Of a stretch of DNA of 46,413 nt, positions 10,249-21,830 are shown piece by piece. This stretch comes from Lepidodermella squamata. Taxonomy: Eukaryota > Animalia > Gastrotricha. Position numbers and translations under genes: made by a program. The stretch spans positions 1 to 46,413 of the forward strand of contig JBLDXI010000112.1 in assembly GCA_047495785.1 (NCBI GenBank), in the 5' to 3' direction. Under the pieces are notes generated by a model, which did not search any database, had not been told where the DNA came from, and worked only from the letters and a program-made list of their open reading frames with translations. Positions within the stretch are counted from its first letter, which is position 1, and every line of letters starts with the position of its first letter.

Positions 10249-10320
10249 TGCAGCGGGTGGGGATCGAACCCGCACCCCAAAACAACACTGCGCAATGTCT
10301 TAACCACTATGCCAGTGGGC
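10249..10320 (-). ncRNA. tRNA-like Pol III cassette, copy 2
   Basis: Same as copy 1, offset by 431 bp, with one substitution. Confidence 0.6.
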
Positions 10321-11496
10321 GAGGCCCAATTAATACATGTATTAGTTCCTGCTCATTGTGTTATTTGAAGGATTTTATGGTGAGTCATAACTCGCTCATG
10401 CAGGAGCGACTTTTCGGATCTTAGTTCCAGATTCTTTAAGGAAGCTGTCGTGAATGATGAATCATAACTCGCTCATGCAGGAGCGACTTTCTTAATTTTG
10501 AGGTTTTGTGAGGGTTGTCTTGTAGGTGGTGAGTCATAACTCGCTCATGCAGGAGCGACTTTTCGGAACTTGGTTCCAGATTCTTTAAGGAAGCTGTCGT
10601 GAATGATGAATCATAACTCGCTCATGCAGGAGCGACTTTCTTAATTTTGAGGTTTTGTGAGGGTTGTCTTGTAGGTGGTGAGTCATAACTCGCTCATGCA
10701 GGAGCGACTTTTCGGAACTTGGTTCCAGATTCTTTAAGGAAGCTGTCGTGAATGATGAATCATAACTCGCTCATGCAGGAGCGACTTTCTTAATTTTGAG
10801 GTTTTGTGAGGGTTGTCTTGTAGGTGGTGAGTCATAACTCGCTCATGCAGGAGCGACTTTTCGGATCTTGGTTCCAGATTCTTTAAGGAAGCTGTCGTGA
10901 ATGATGAATCATAACTCGCTCATGCAGGAGCGACTTTCTTAATTTTGAGGTTTTGTGAGGGTTGTCTTGTAGGTGGTGAGTCATAACTCGCTCATGCAGG
11001 AGCGACTTTTCGGAACTTGGTTCCAGATTCTTTAAGGAAGCTGTCGTGAATGATGAATCATAACTCGCTCATGCAGGAGCGACTTTCTTAATTTTGAGGT
11101 TTTGTGAGGGTTGTCTTGTAGGTGGTGAGTCATAACTCGCTCATGCAGGAGCGACTTTCTTAATTTTGAGGTTTTGTGAGGGTTGTCTTGTAGGTGGTGA
11201 GTCATAACTCGCTCATGCAGGAGCGACTTTTCGGATCTTGGTTCCAGATTCTTTAAGGAAGCTGTCGTGAATGATGAATCATAACTCGCTCATGCAGGAG
11301 CGACTTTCTTAATTTTGAGGTTTTGTGAGGGTTGTCTTGTAGGTGGTGAGTCATAACTCGCTCATGCAGGAGCGACTTTCTTAATTTTGAGGTTTTGTGA
11401 GGGTTGTCTTGTAGGTGGTGAGTCATAACTCGCTCATGCAGGAGCGACTTTCTAAATGAAAATGAAAATATAGAAAACAGAAAGCTAAATTTATTT

Positions 11497-11568
11497 TGCA
11501 GCGGGTGGGGATCGAACCCGCACCCCAAAACAACACTGCGTAGTGTCTTAACCACTATGCCAGTGGGC
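11497..11568 (-). ncRNA. tRNA-like Pol III cassette, copy 3 (distal end of array)
   Basis: A/B boxes intact; central hairpin variant ACACT-ACGC-AGTGT. Confidence 0.6.
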
Positions 11569-11996
11569 GAGGCCCAATTTATACATGCGTTCGTCTCACT
11601 TCATGGTGTTCGGCGGATTATTTTTTAAACGCGTGGGTCTCAGCACCTAACCCTTGCCGACCCAAAAATTCCCTCTAAGACATTACACTTAATATTTACT
11701 TGATATTTATCGTTTCACACTATAGTAGAAGATGATATTAATTTCGGCTCTGCTGCCCATGGTATAAAAATACATCAAATCAATTTCATTTCTCTTAAAA
11801 TATCTCGAACCGTCTCATGAACCAAGCTTTCAAGTGAATCTTCAACTAGTTTTCAGCGGAATATAATGGATAGCGAGCTTGTGCTAACGATCTATCTGAA
11901 GATTTTCTTACAAAATATGGTCTTAATAAAAGGTAATTTACTATTCTATGAATGTCACTTGCGAACCCCGCGTCCCCCAGCATATTAGACGACCTA

Positions 11997-12036
11997 CTGA
12001 AAAAGAGGGTCCCCATTACGCGACCCTCTTTTTCAG
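11997..12036. repeat. Perfect 15 bp inverted repeat with 10 nt loop
   Basis: CTGAAAAAGAGGGTC-cccattacgc-GACCCTCTTTTTCAG. Confidence 0.85.
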
Positions 12037-12842
12037 AAGCCCTGCATTATAGATATGAATTTATAGTAATGTCTACATGGATTTTAAGTGGTCCATGCGG
12101 TTAAAATTCTCATGGTAGCTTACATTTAATCCTTAGATGTTGTCAGGTTTTTACAACGTCCCAGGTGATGAAATTTATGTAAAGCATGCGGCTAAAACTT
12201 GATTTAATTTATTCAAATTAATAATAAAAATATTCTTGTATTTTATTTTATTGTCAGTAATTATTGTTTCAGTTTAACAATTATTTTCCTTCACACTTCT
12301 CCATGTTTCGTTCAAAGTTCAGATTTGTTACTGCTCAACGGGCGTTTTCGATGAGTGCTCGCGCTTTACAACTTTTCTACCTATAGGTTACTGCTCAGTT
12401 CGGGTAATCTTAATCTTTTGAGTATTTCGCACTTGTTTCACGCTTACCGATACGTTGAAAGGGAGAAGTGCTATCGAATACTTGGCTCATTTTAGTTGTG
12501 GATCAATTTTGACTTTCTGTGAGGATGGCTGCGCCGGCTTGTTATATGCGGCTTGCAATACGGGTTGGCTGGTTTGTCTCCTCCTAAATTTAGTATGATG
12601 TCCTTGAAGCTTCAACTTGTCATGTATATGCACGAACAGTTTAGGCTTTTGCTAGTCTAGCACTAGCGACTATGTTTTTCAAGGTCTTGGCATCTCTTAC
12701 AGCTAGCTCGAGTTGATTTTTAGCTTTCTTCCATTACTCACTTCCTCAGATGTTTTGATTACCATGAATCTGGCTGAATTTGTTAGCGACATGCTTTCTT
12801 ACCTTTTTAATCTGCTAACCTCTGATAATTTCCTTTTTCTAG

Positions 12843-13766
12843 ATGGATCGTGAAGGGTTCACGAGAACGCTGTTTTTTCCGAAGCCGTCTGACGATGACG
12901 TCGAAGAAGTTAATAGAAAGATTGATATATTTAATATGGACGTCGATATATATCAGCAAGTTCTTACAGAAGTTAAAAATTATATAAATCATCGGTATGA
13001 TTTCTTTTGATTCTTCCGCATTTGATGTTCTTAACTTCTTTTTATTTTCATTCTTTAGCCTACCGAAGGTAACAGACGAATGCGAAAGCGGGGGTTTGAG
13101 CAAGATCACGCAGTATATTGATGCGCTGCCTCCACTCAAGATCCAGCCCTTTAATCATGCTACTCAGAGAGCTGGTCAAGAATTGGAAGATGATCAAGTG
13201 GATGAGGAGACAGTAGCTGAGGTTAGTACGCGCAATTTGACTTTTCACCCGTTTGATTAAATGGGTTTTTTCTTAATTTTTAGACGGTGACTGGAGAGAA
13301 ACGACCTATCCTTACAGATGATGAAGTAATCGATTACCTATTTTCGGACATTTGTAGAGAAACCCATGTAGATCCCATAACTCAGCGTGATCTTGAAGGT
13401 TTAGATAATTTGAAAGATCTTTTCAGTTTTGCAGAGCCTATAATATCTGCGTTTAAAAATACTGCGTCGGAAATGCTTGTTAGAACATATGAGATAGGAA
13501 AGATCTTTTATCGCGCTAAAACTTTGTATGAAAAAATTCGAAAATCTTCCCATGGTTTCTTACCATATCTAAGCAATAAAACTAAGTTCTCGAAGCCATA
13601 TATAGGTAAGATAATCAAATTTTATGTTGGATTCAAAGCATATCCTCGTCTTCTTTTCTGTAACATACCTCTAAATGAAATTATGCGATTGCAAAATAGA
13701 GTATTATCTTTAGTTGATAAATTTGAAGAAAAATATTCAAATTTACCTCCCTATGATGATAAGTAA
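12843..13766 (+). CDS. Three-exon hypothetical protein (~265 aa), C-terminus DUF3102-like
   Basis: Exons 12843-12994, 13059-13221 and 13284-13766 joined by phase-compatible GT-AG introns of 64 and 62 bp; YEIGKIFYRAK...HGFLPYL...FSKPYIGKIIKFY pattern. Confidence 0.65.
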
Positions 13767-14439
13767 CACATAGATAAATCAAGAATAATGAAATGTTGAC
13801 CTTTCCATCACTCTCATTGTTTCATTCTCTCGCCGTTTTCGTGCCTCTGTATAACATATGTGTTAATAATATATGATGCGAAATGAGTCAAGGCTCGTTC
13901 ACCCATGAACAACTTTCTTTTTCGACCTAATATCTTCAGTTTTCGATCTCTGATTGATAATAGACTATGAATGCGCCGAGTGTGATAATAGATGATGCAT
14001 CCGACTCGATACATTGCTTTCTGCCTCAATGAAAATATGATATTAATTATTAATTGATATATGATATTAATGTTTGTTTTTGGTTGTGGGTTTAAAATAA
14101 AATGGAATGGGTTAAAAGAAACTTTTGCTCCTTTATTACCTGTGTTGTTCTCATGGTAACATTAAATTCTTGAAACCGAGACAAAATGCTTCAGCTTTTA
14201 ATAATAATGGGCAGTTAATTCATCGGAAATGGAAATCAGCTCAACTCATTTCCACTGATTGGGCATCGAATACTCCCCCATTACACTGAAATTGTTTCCT
14301 CATCCACGGACGCGCAATTACCATAGCTCATCTTCCAAGTAATTTCAAACACACTAAATATTTAATCAAAACGTCCTTGAAATGTTTTGTCAATTTCCAT
14401 GGTCAGGCTCGAATTGCCAAAAAGGGCGTAAGCCGTCAA

Positions 14440-16256
14440 GTGGCTTAGCTCCGGCAATTCCTATCTGCTACCCGATTCTGCATGTGCATCGGACTTCGGA
14501 TCCTTGGACGTAGGTTAGGCAACAAAAATCCAAGGCACACTCGAATTGAGCTAGACTACTCCATTCACCCGTAGCTCGCGCCTCACTAACCGATTCATCA
14601 ACTTGCCACCCAGATTTGACCACAAGCCAGGACGAATCCGAAACTTTTTCGAAGCAGCTGTTGAATCTTGTGTGAAGCTGGTAGCCTTCCTTGTAGAGTC
14701 GATCAGATATGCTTGGTGTGGTGGCGAAAGGAACCGAATCCAAAACCCAGTGATTGATCACGTCGTCGGTTTTCGAGAGAAAGGCAGTGAGGGCATGGAC
14801 AGTCCTATCGGTTTCTTCAGCCTTTAGCCGATTATTAAGCGATTCGTTTCCGTTATTAGTTCCGCAAAAATCTGAGGCACCTTCATACCAACACGACAGC
14901 GGACCATAAATATATATTGGCTCAAAGTACTTGATGATTCATCATCAATGATGAAGTCTTCGTAGACGTCAGCATTAGGACTAGCCCTAAGCTCATCCTT
15001 CGTCAATAGCCATAACACTAGGAACTGCAAAGAGAAATTAATTAATAATCGTCTGAAACCGTCGGAAATCACCTCGTCGTAATCTTTCGCCAGTTGAACG
15101 AGAGTAAGTGATTCGTGGACCGCGTACCAAAGCTTTATTCTACCCGCTGTAACAGCAAATAAACCATCTGAAACCATCGGAAAAACAAATAAAGCACTTA
15201 CTTCCGAACCATTTGCGGCAGTTAAACTTCATATGAAAGTAACACATTAGCCTTATAATCTCAAGCCCGAAACACGTGATAATAGCCGTCGTGATGTAAC
15301 CATCGCCGTCTGCCATGACTGCGATTGACAAGTACAGGGGCATAAATTTTTTCAGCCCTCTGAAAATCACCTCGTAGGCTCGTCCGTTTTCGTTGCTGGC
15401 AACAGCAAGAATGATCGGGTGGAATTTTCGATTACGATCTGACGAACCGCCAATGAAAATTTTATGGCCTCCTTGGATGACCTTGTGGGTCGCATCGATT
15501 TGAAAGCACTTGGCAAATTGAGGAGAAAATTGCAAGAAATCACCACGGTCCAAAAGGCTTTTCTCCTTTTTTCGCTGGCTGCTCGTCGATTTCATAATTG
15601 ATCACATAAGGCGACTTATCACCGACAGGTCTGGCGCTGCGAGATTCGCACCAAGCTCGAAGCTCTGCAGTGCCGAACGAGCCTACGGCAGCAGGGCCGA
15701 CTCTTGATACCTGAATCTTTCTCTTCATCACCTGTTTCAAGTTTGAGACTTGACGGTCCGTAATGCCAGTCCCATGAAGTTGGCGAGCGATAAACTTCGG
15801 GGCGTCGTTGATGTGGTCAGCCACGTAGCTGCGAATTTCGGGTGTTATGCGAACTTTGCCGGGTGGATGGATGTGTTTCCCACTGCACGAAAACGCGGCC
15901 ATATCCGGAGCCCAGGTTAACGTCCCTTTCCGTTTGCATTCCTTCGCATCCGATTTGCGGCGGCTACAAATGTAGTAGCAGGTTATTTTGTTTTTAGATC
16001 GTTTCGTGGTATCGATCCACATGTCTTTGTAGTTCATCTTGACGTAATTTTTCGCCATTTCGAACGACATAGAGTACGGCAGGGTTTCAAAGGTATCGAA
16101 GTCATCGTCATCCGGTGCCTGGTTCTCGGTGACGAAATCATCCTCGTCATCAACGATTTCGGGGTCTTCCTCATCCTCCTCATAGGATTCGAAAAAGAAT
16201 TGACCGGCTTCTACTTCTGCCTCGTCATCTGAGGCGTAATTTCGCAAAAATTCCAT
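14440..16256 (-). pseudogene. Degraded MULE/Mutator transposase
   Basis: N-terminal WRKY/GCM1-like finger (YYIC...C...HIH), core QIDATHK...VMADGD...LMCYFH, SWIM-like CTC at the end; split by stops and frameshifts. Confidence 0.85.
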
Positions 16257-16321
16257 TTGTTATCAATAAAGCAATTTTGAAATATGACCAATAAACCTAT
16301 AGAACCCCTTTTCCGCTGAAT

Positions 16322-16472
16322 TAATCGCGTGTTCCGATGAAATAATCGTGTGTTACGATGAAATAATGCATGTTTTCGATTCCGATGGTTTAATGCGAAA
16401 TTTTCTGAAAAATTGTATTTCCGATGGTTTAATGGAAAAGAGTACGATGATAGTTATTATTGTTCCGATGAA
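16322..16472. repeat. Short degenerate repeats (TTCCGATG core) upstream of the MULE transposase
   Basis: Several copies of (t)tccgatg-aaataat/-gtttaat; possibly subterminal repeats. Confidence 0.45.
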
Positions 16473-18729
16473 AAGATGTGGGTCCTCTCGGACTCTGTCG
16501 AATTGCTAACACACCTATATCTAGAATGTAACCACTTGCCACCTGTACATAATATTAATAACGCCGAAATAAAACCTGATAAACGCGACATAATCAATTC
16601 TATAATTCGTTGCGAATCCAGCGGCTCTGCCCATCTTTCAAAAATACTATCCCTCGCCTACAGTTACCGTACGACGTTAAAGCTACATATATATCCTTCT
16701 TCCCTAACTACATTATTTTGACTGAGTCCTTTTGATTATAATAAATGTAACAAAAATATCGCTCTGATAAATTATATTATCTGCACGTGTGACTGTGAGT
16801 CTGTAATATATTTCGAACGACGCACGCGTATACCTCTCGACGCCTATCTATATGTTATTCCATATATCGCCAAAGAGTTATGATATTTGTGGTGCGCCCA
16901 AAGCCCAACCGTGGCCGGTGCTTTTTATTTCTTTTAAAACAATAAAACAAACAGCTTCTAAATAATTCACCGAGCTGACGAAGCCGAGGATCGATAGCAC
17001 TATCAGCGCCCACGACTTGGCGCTCCGCCCGGATCTTTCGTATGCAGCGGATCCTGCCCCAGCCCGTTCAAGACGACCCGGGTGCTTCCGCCAACCATAC
17101 ACCACCGCCGCCGCCCCTCACCGAGTTTCTGTCTCTACAAGTCACGGTTTTGGCCCAAGGTCAGGAAGTCTCGGCGCTTCGCAGCCAGATCGCCGAGCTG
17201 CGCGACCTGCTCGACAGCTGCCGCCCGCCTTGCCCACTCGGCCTTTTGACCCGACCGGCACCAACCTCGCCGCCTACGAAGACCGCTGGTTCACCCGGTT
17301 CGCTGTCCATTTTGAAAGCGGTCTCTGTTCGCCCGCCGTGCACACCGACGCCGTTCCAGTTCGCCCATCCGTTGCAGCTGCTTCCTCAACGATGACTTTC
17401 CAGCCTTTCTCCATGTAACTTTAGCCCTATTTTCTCGCCCGCTCTTTTTGTGCTGCCCTTGTACAGGTTGTTCCTGTTTCCTGAGATCCTGAGATCCTGA
17501 GTTCCCGCTGGGCCACGGGTGACGGCACGCATGCTACGGGTGCCGCGGTCCTGCGTGCGCCACTGGGCGAACCAGGGAAGAAGAACCACTGCTGTAACTC
17601 GTCGCCCAATTTCACAAGCTGCAGCACACGCGCGCAGCTCGATTGTTCATCCATAAAACCAATTGAAATGATGGAATTCGGTTATTTTTATTACTACCTA
17701 TAATACCATAGCCAGTAATAAATCTACTTATACAATAATGGGCTATCCTAATGGCAAGCCGATGATGATGATGGTTACAAAGATAATTCTTCAGTATCCG
17801 AGAATATTGAACCAGCCGAATTTCGACGGCGGGCTAGCTAGCCGGCTACTGCTAGGCCCCGCCAGCGCAAAGTACGGATCGACGGCCGGTGCTCCTGGTT
17901 GTATGTGGGCCATCGATGGCTATTATATTAGCAGAAACGGCTGGTGTTCATCCACGGCGCCGCATTTGCGCTACCAGTAGCTGTGTTTTTGTGACTAATT
18001 GTTTCGCGCGGGTTGTTCTTGTGACTAATACCACAATTAGTATCTATACTAGGCGCACGAAGAAAACTGCATCGTATGTACAACTTTTCCGTAGAACTTA
18101 CGACGCACATACAAAATACGGCTAAAATGCAGAATACGAAGAAAAATGTGCGCTCGTACGTACAACACAAGAAAACACGGCAAGTGGTGCCGAAACGGTG
18201 CCGCATGGTTTATCGATCAGTCTTTTCTCTTCACCTGATAATTTATTTCACTAGTTGAGAATTTCCAAATTTCTGAGATAACAATCGTCAAAAATTACTA
18301 CACGTGCTTCCGCCATTTTCTATCTGTCGCGCGCGGCACGGTTGTTTATGCACCGCCGTTGCGTATTCTGGTTTCGGACACCGCTAAATAACCCGCTTTT
18401 AATTGGGCCAGCGCGCACCTACAGCCGTCAGCGTGTCGAGAGAAAAGGAGCCCTCTTGCAGCTGTTGTGTTTGCATAAATAATATGCATGTGATGACGGT
18501 AGAATAAAACCGCCGTCTATTTCGACGTTTCTAGAACAAACTGCGCTCGCTCTACGCTCCTAGTCATGTAAACACGCCTGACCTCTGGTCTACAATAAGA
18601 CGGCTCCATGGATATAATAGCCGTTTACGTGTGCACACCGTCTGTCAGTTCAACAATAGCAAAATAACAACACAAGAATTATCATCAAGATTTATTTTTA
18701 TTTTCCGCAAAACAAAAAGCTAAGCAGTT

Positions 18730-19128
18730 TCACACGAATTCTTTGAGCTTGAATTGCTGAGGCTGAGGTTTTGAAACAACGTTGAAGAACTCTTTGTATA
18801 TAGTCGCTCCTTTATTCGCAACCGATTCGTATATCGGGGAGTCGAGCCGAGGCGATAGCTTCTCCACTGAAATCACGACTTGACCAGCTTCGAGAGCGTA
18901 ATGCGAGCACGTCGCCTGGTCGAGTTTCACATTTTCACCCGGATAAAACCGCAAACTTTGTTGATTGATCAGTAAATCGCCGCGTTCCACCTTATCGCCG
19001 CCACGCTTTTTCATGCCCCAATGCGAACCGGGCGGCAACTTGAAGAAAGGCTTGAACCGGACCTGGGTTTGCACCAGATGTTGTTGCTGTTGCTGCTGCA
19101 ACAACCGCAAGCTCATTTGACGAATCAT
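18730..19128 (-). CDS. MRPL27: Mitochondrial ribosomal protein bL27m
   Basis: Presequence-like N-terminus, GMKKRGGDKVERGDLLINQ..LRFYPGENV, YALEAGQV, KEFFNVV...FKL. Confidence 0.85.
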   Translation of the reverse strand: MIRQMSLRLLQQQQQQHLVQTQVRFKPFFKLPPGSHWGMKKRGGDKVERGDLLINQQSLRFYPGENVKLDQATCSHYALEAGQVVISVEKLSPRLDSPIYESVANKGATIYKEFFNVVSKPQPQQFKLKEFV

Positions 19129-20019
19129 TTTACCCGAAATATATCAACTAGAAATTAGGAAATGAAAACATGTTTCTCAGTAAATTTGAACACTTTTTTA
19201 TTCAATTTCCGAAGCTGTATTTACGCGATCTGTATGGCAAATGGATCAACCCTTACAGGCAAAAGAAGTCGTATTCAGGAATACTCTGTGATAAAACTGC
19301 ATTCTCTAATGATAACAACAATATTGCGATTGGCATGCGAATTCCTCAACATCGAATCAGTGTCACACGGCTTCAAAAGAATAAATATGATAGTTCAGAT
19401 TCTTTAAGACAGCAGCGTCAAAAGATACCGCAATGATACCGTAAACTGAAAAACAGAAGTGATGACGATATCGCATTCAGGTTTCAACAAAAACCACACT
19501 AAAACAACGGCCATGGAAATAAATTAGTCAAATAATGAAATAATAATAATAACACAATGCGTTCCCAAATGAGATGGAGCGAGAACTGACGGAGAAAGCC
19601 AGGTAATAATGGGTTTTTCCTCGTTTTGGTAAAAAAAAAGAAAATCCTGTTGTTTTGAGCGGCGGATTAGATTCGCTATAGTTCAAAGTACCTTGAGGGA
19701 AAATTGCCACGTTTATGTACACTGATTGAGCGGTAAAAAATGCATATATCTTATGACGATGATTAGCAGTTGTAAAAAACATAAAAACATATTATCTCAT
19801 CAGGGAAGGTAGAAGCAGGCAATCGAAATGAGGGTTAAATTTGGATCTTGTGAGGCAATATCTCCTGTTGACACAAACACACGATTAGGAACTATACAGC
19901 ACTAACCGAGAAGTTACATCGCAGATCGGAATAAAGATCCAACGTTCATTGAAAAAATGTAAAACAACTCTTAGTAAGGCTAGCAACAGTCACAGAAGTA
20001 ATTCGCTGAATTTTGGCTC

Positions 20020-21830
20020 TCATTGCTTCAATGAATCGAACTTGAAACGGCCGTGAGTTCTTTGGTATGTCGGTTTGGCGACTTGAATGTCGTCCTGTGT
20101 GAACCGATCTTCCGGGCTCAAACCGCAAGGATGCCACAATTCGTTGCCGCGTTCGTGATACCATTTGTTCATTACCCACTTGTTCCCGACGAGAACAGGG
20201 CAGGCGGCATGCCTTAGCGACAGGTCGCCTTCGCCAGCCTTGTTCAGGTTGTACCAAAGAGCAGCAGCACCTTTGACCGGCTTAAGTTTCAAACCCAAAT
20301 TCGTGAACACTGTAGTGCCACCAGCAGGAATGTCAGTCAACTAGAAATTAAGCTCTTATGAATAACATTTATGTCATTAATTAAGCCGAACTTACATAGA
20401 AAAGAGCAGTAGCTATGCGATTACCTCGCTCGGCTTCGAACGCGTTTTTCTCTTCACGACGCGCGAAGTCAAAATGAGGTTCATAGTGACCGCCGATACC
20501 GTAATTCGCAACTTGAAATTCTTCAGCGTATTCGAGCGTGAGTTGAGTCATGGCAGAAATTCGATTCAACAACCGAGGAATGACAACTTTATCTGTATCG
20601 TTTGAAAGCCAGGCTGTTTTGGTGATGCGGTAGTTCGCTACTTCAAGCTTTCCAGTCGCCGAATTTTGAATAGTCGCCCGGTTCAAGCGTGGAAACGCGG
20701 TTTCTTTTACAAACTGAATCTCTTTGTCGGTAATCATGTTGTAATAAATCATAATCCATGGATCCATGTGGTAAACTTCTCGTTTCAACGGGGCAATCAA
20801 CAAGCGAGGGTCGTTGTTGGTCGCGTAGTCGCAGTATAATTTGTGAGCGTTTTTGATAGGTTTGATATCTTCGCCACGGCATAATCGTTCATATGACTGA
20901 TACTCTTCAGTTTTCTTGTATTCTTCGATGGTCCGTTCGTTTTTCATAACCTCTTCTTCTTCTTCCATCATAGATTCGCCTGTATCGCCGCGGGAAGGTT
21001 TCGCTAGCTCTCGCTTTTTCATGGTGTACTCGAAATAAGCTTTGTTCTTGAGACCCCGTTCGTGAGTTGGCTTTAACCGGAGAAGCTCTTCGGTAAGCTG
21101 CAAGGCGTGCTTGATGTTTCCTTGCATATAGACTGCATAGGATAGATAATCTAGGATAACTGACTTCTCCAGGCCAGATGAGCCAGGCTCTAGACGAAGA
21201 CGATCATATGCCTCTTGCATCCACATGACAGTATGATAATAGTCGCGATTGTTGTAAGAAACACGACCAATTTCAAAGCAATCGGCAGCAGTGAGTCTGC
21301 TGGTATTATCAGCCTCCGGAATGATGCCATTGGCAAATGTCGCGGGTGGAAGAGCATAAGTATCCTGGAGACGCATTAAAGCATTAATGGAGCCTTCGTA
21401 ATCCTCTTCCGTGGGTAGCATTTTGCGATGAGGCTCGAGTCTTTCAAGGGCACCTATGAAAATAATGTCACAATGGCCATTAACTGAATATTATAAACTC
21501 ACCTAGAGCAAATTCGGTATTAGGAATAAGGTCTTGGAAATCGACGCGTTCCTGTTGAAAACGTTTTGCGACAAGATAGGCATTTACTGGATTCGAAATG
21601 AATCTGATGACATCGTCTTCGCTTTGCTTGCTGTCACGCTCGTAATCAGCTGCCAGCTTTTTAATTTTATCCAAACGCGATTCCTCGGTCGCAATGTACT
21701 GCTTCAACTCGTGAGCTATGTGTTTTTGAGCCTCCAGAACAACTCGGAACTCTTCTGTCGATGTAAAGAGCTCCGCTTTTGCGAAACCAGTAACAGCCAG
21801 AATTGTAAATATAAACGTCGATATACCCAT
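20020..21830 (-). CDS. P4HA: Collagen prolyl 4-hydroxylase alpha subunit, 3 exons
   Basis: Exons 21830-21503, 21453-20396, 20340-20020 (phase-compatible); signal peptide then AELFTS, LMRLQDTY, YERLCRG, HYEPHFD, RHAACPVLVGNKWVMNKW. Confidence 0.96.

Larger units (their letters stand above)
1..11587. mobile_element. Polinton/Maverick (adintovirus-like) endogenous dsDNA virus, partial; left part is outside the window and the right boundary is uncertain
   Basis: Compact intronless cluster of pPolB, rve integrase, A32-like ATPase, minor capsid and PZ-like genes with uninterrupted ORFs, followed by a repeat array. No terminal AG..CT end or TSD could be identified. Confidence 0.95.
9442..11587. repeat. 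Modular tandem array: 24 copies of a 32 bp core (GA[G/A]TCATAACTCGCTCATGCAGGAGCGACTTT) with three linker types
   Basis: Cores start at 9443, 9515, 9592, 9669, 9741, 9951 ... 11420. Unit lengths are 72 (A, x12), 77 (B, x9) and 210 (C, x2 plus a partial terminal copy). Order read by eye: ABBACABACBABABABABAABAAC. Confidence 0.95.

Noticed and set aside
9285-11555. Minus-strand ORFs (MVKTLRSVV..., MTHHLQDN...)
   Set aside because: By-products of the 72 bp repeat unit with non-ATG or repeat-internal starts; no independent coding evidence.
9442-11587. True CRISPR array
   Set aside because: Repeat and spacer sizes and the hairpin fit, but the linkers are only three recurring sequences, no cas genes are present, and the context is eukaryotic.
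11588-12000. Polinton right terminus and TSD
   Set aside because: No convincing terminal motif by eye, and the partner TIR is outside the window.
16878-17654. GC-rich patch with overlapping ORFs and a short coiled-coil (VSALRSQIAELRDLL)
   Set aside because: Possibly a decayed retroelement ORF1/gag fragment, but no diagnostic motif.
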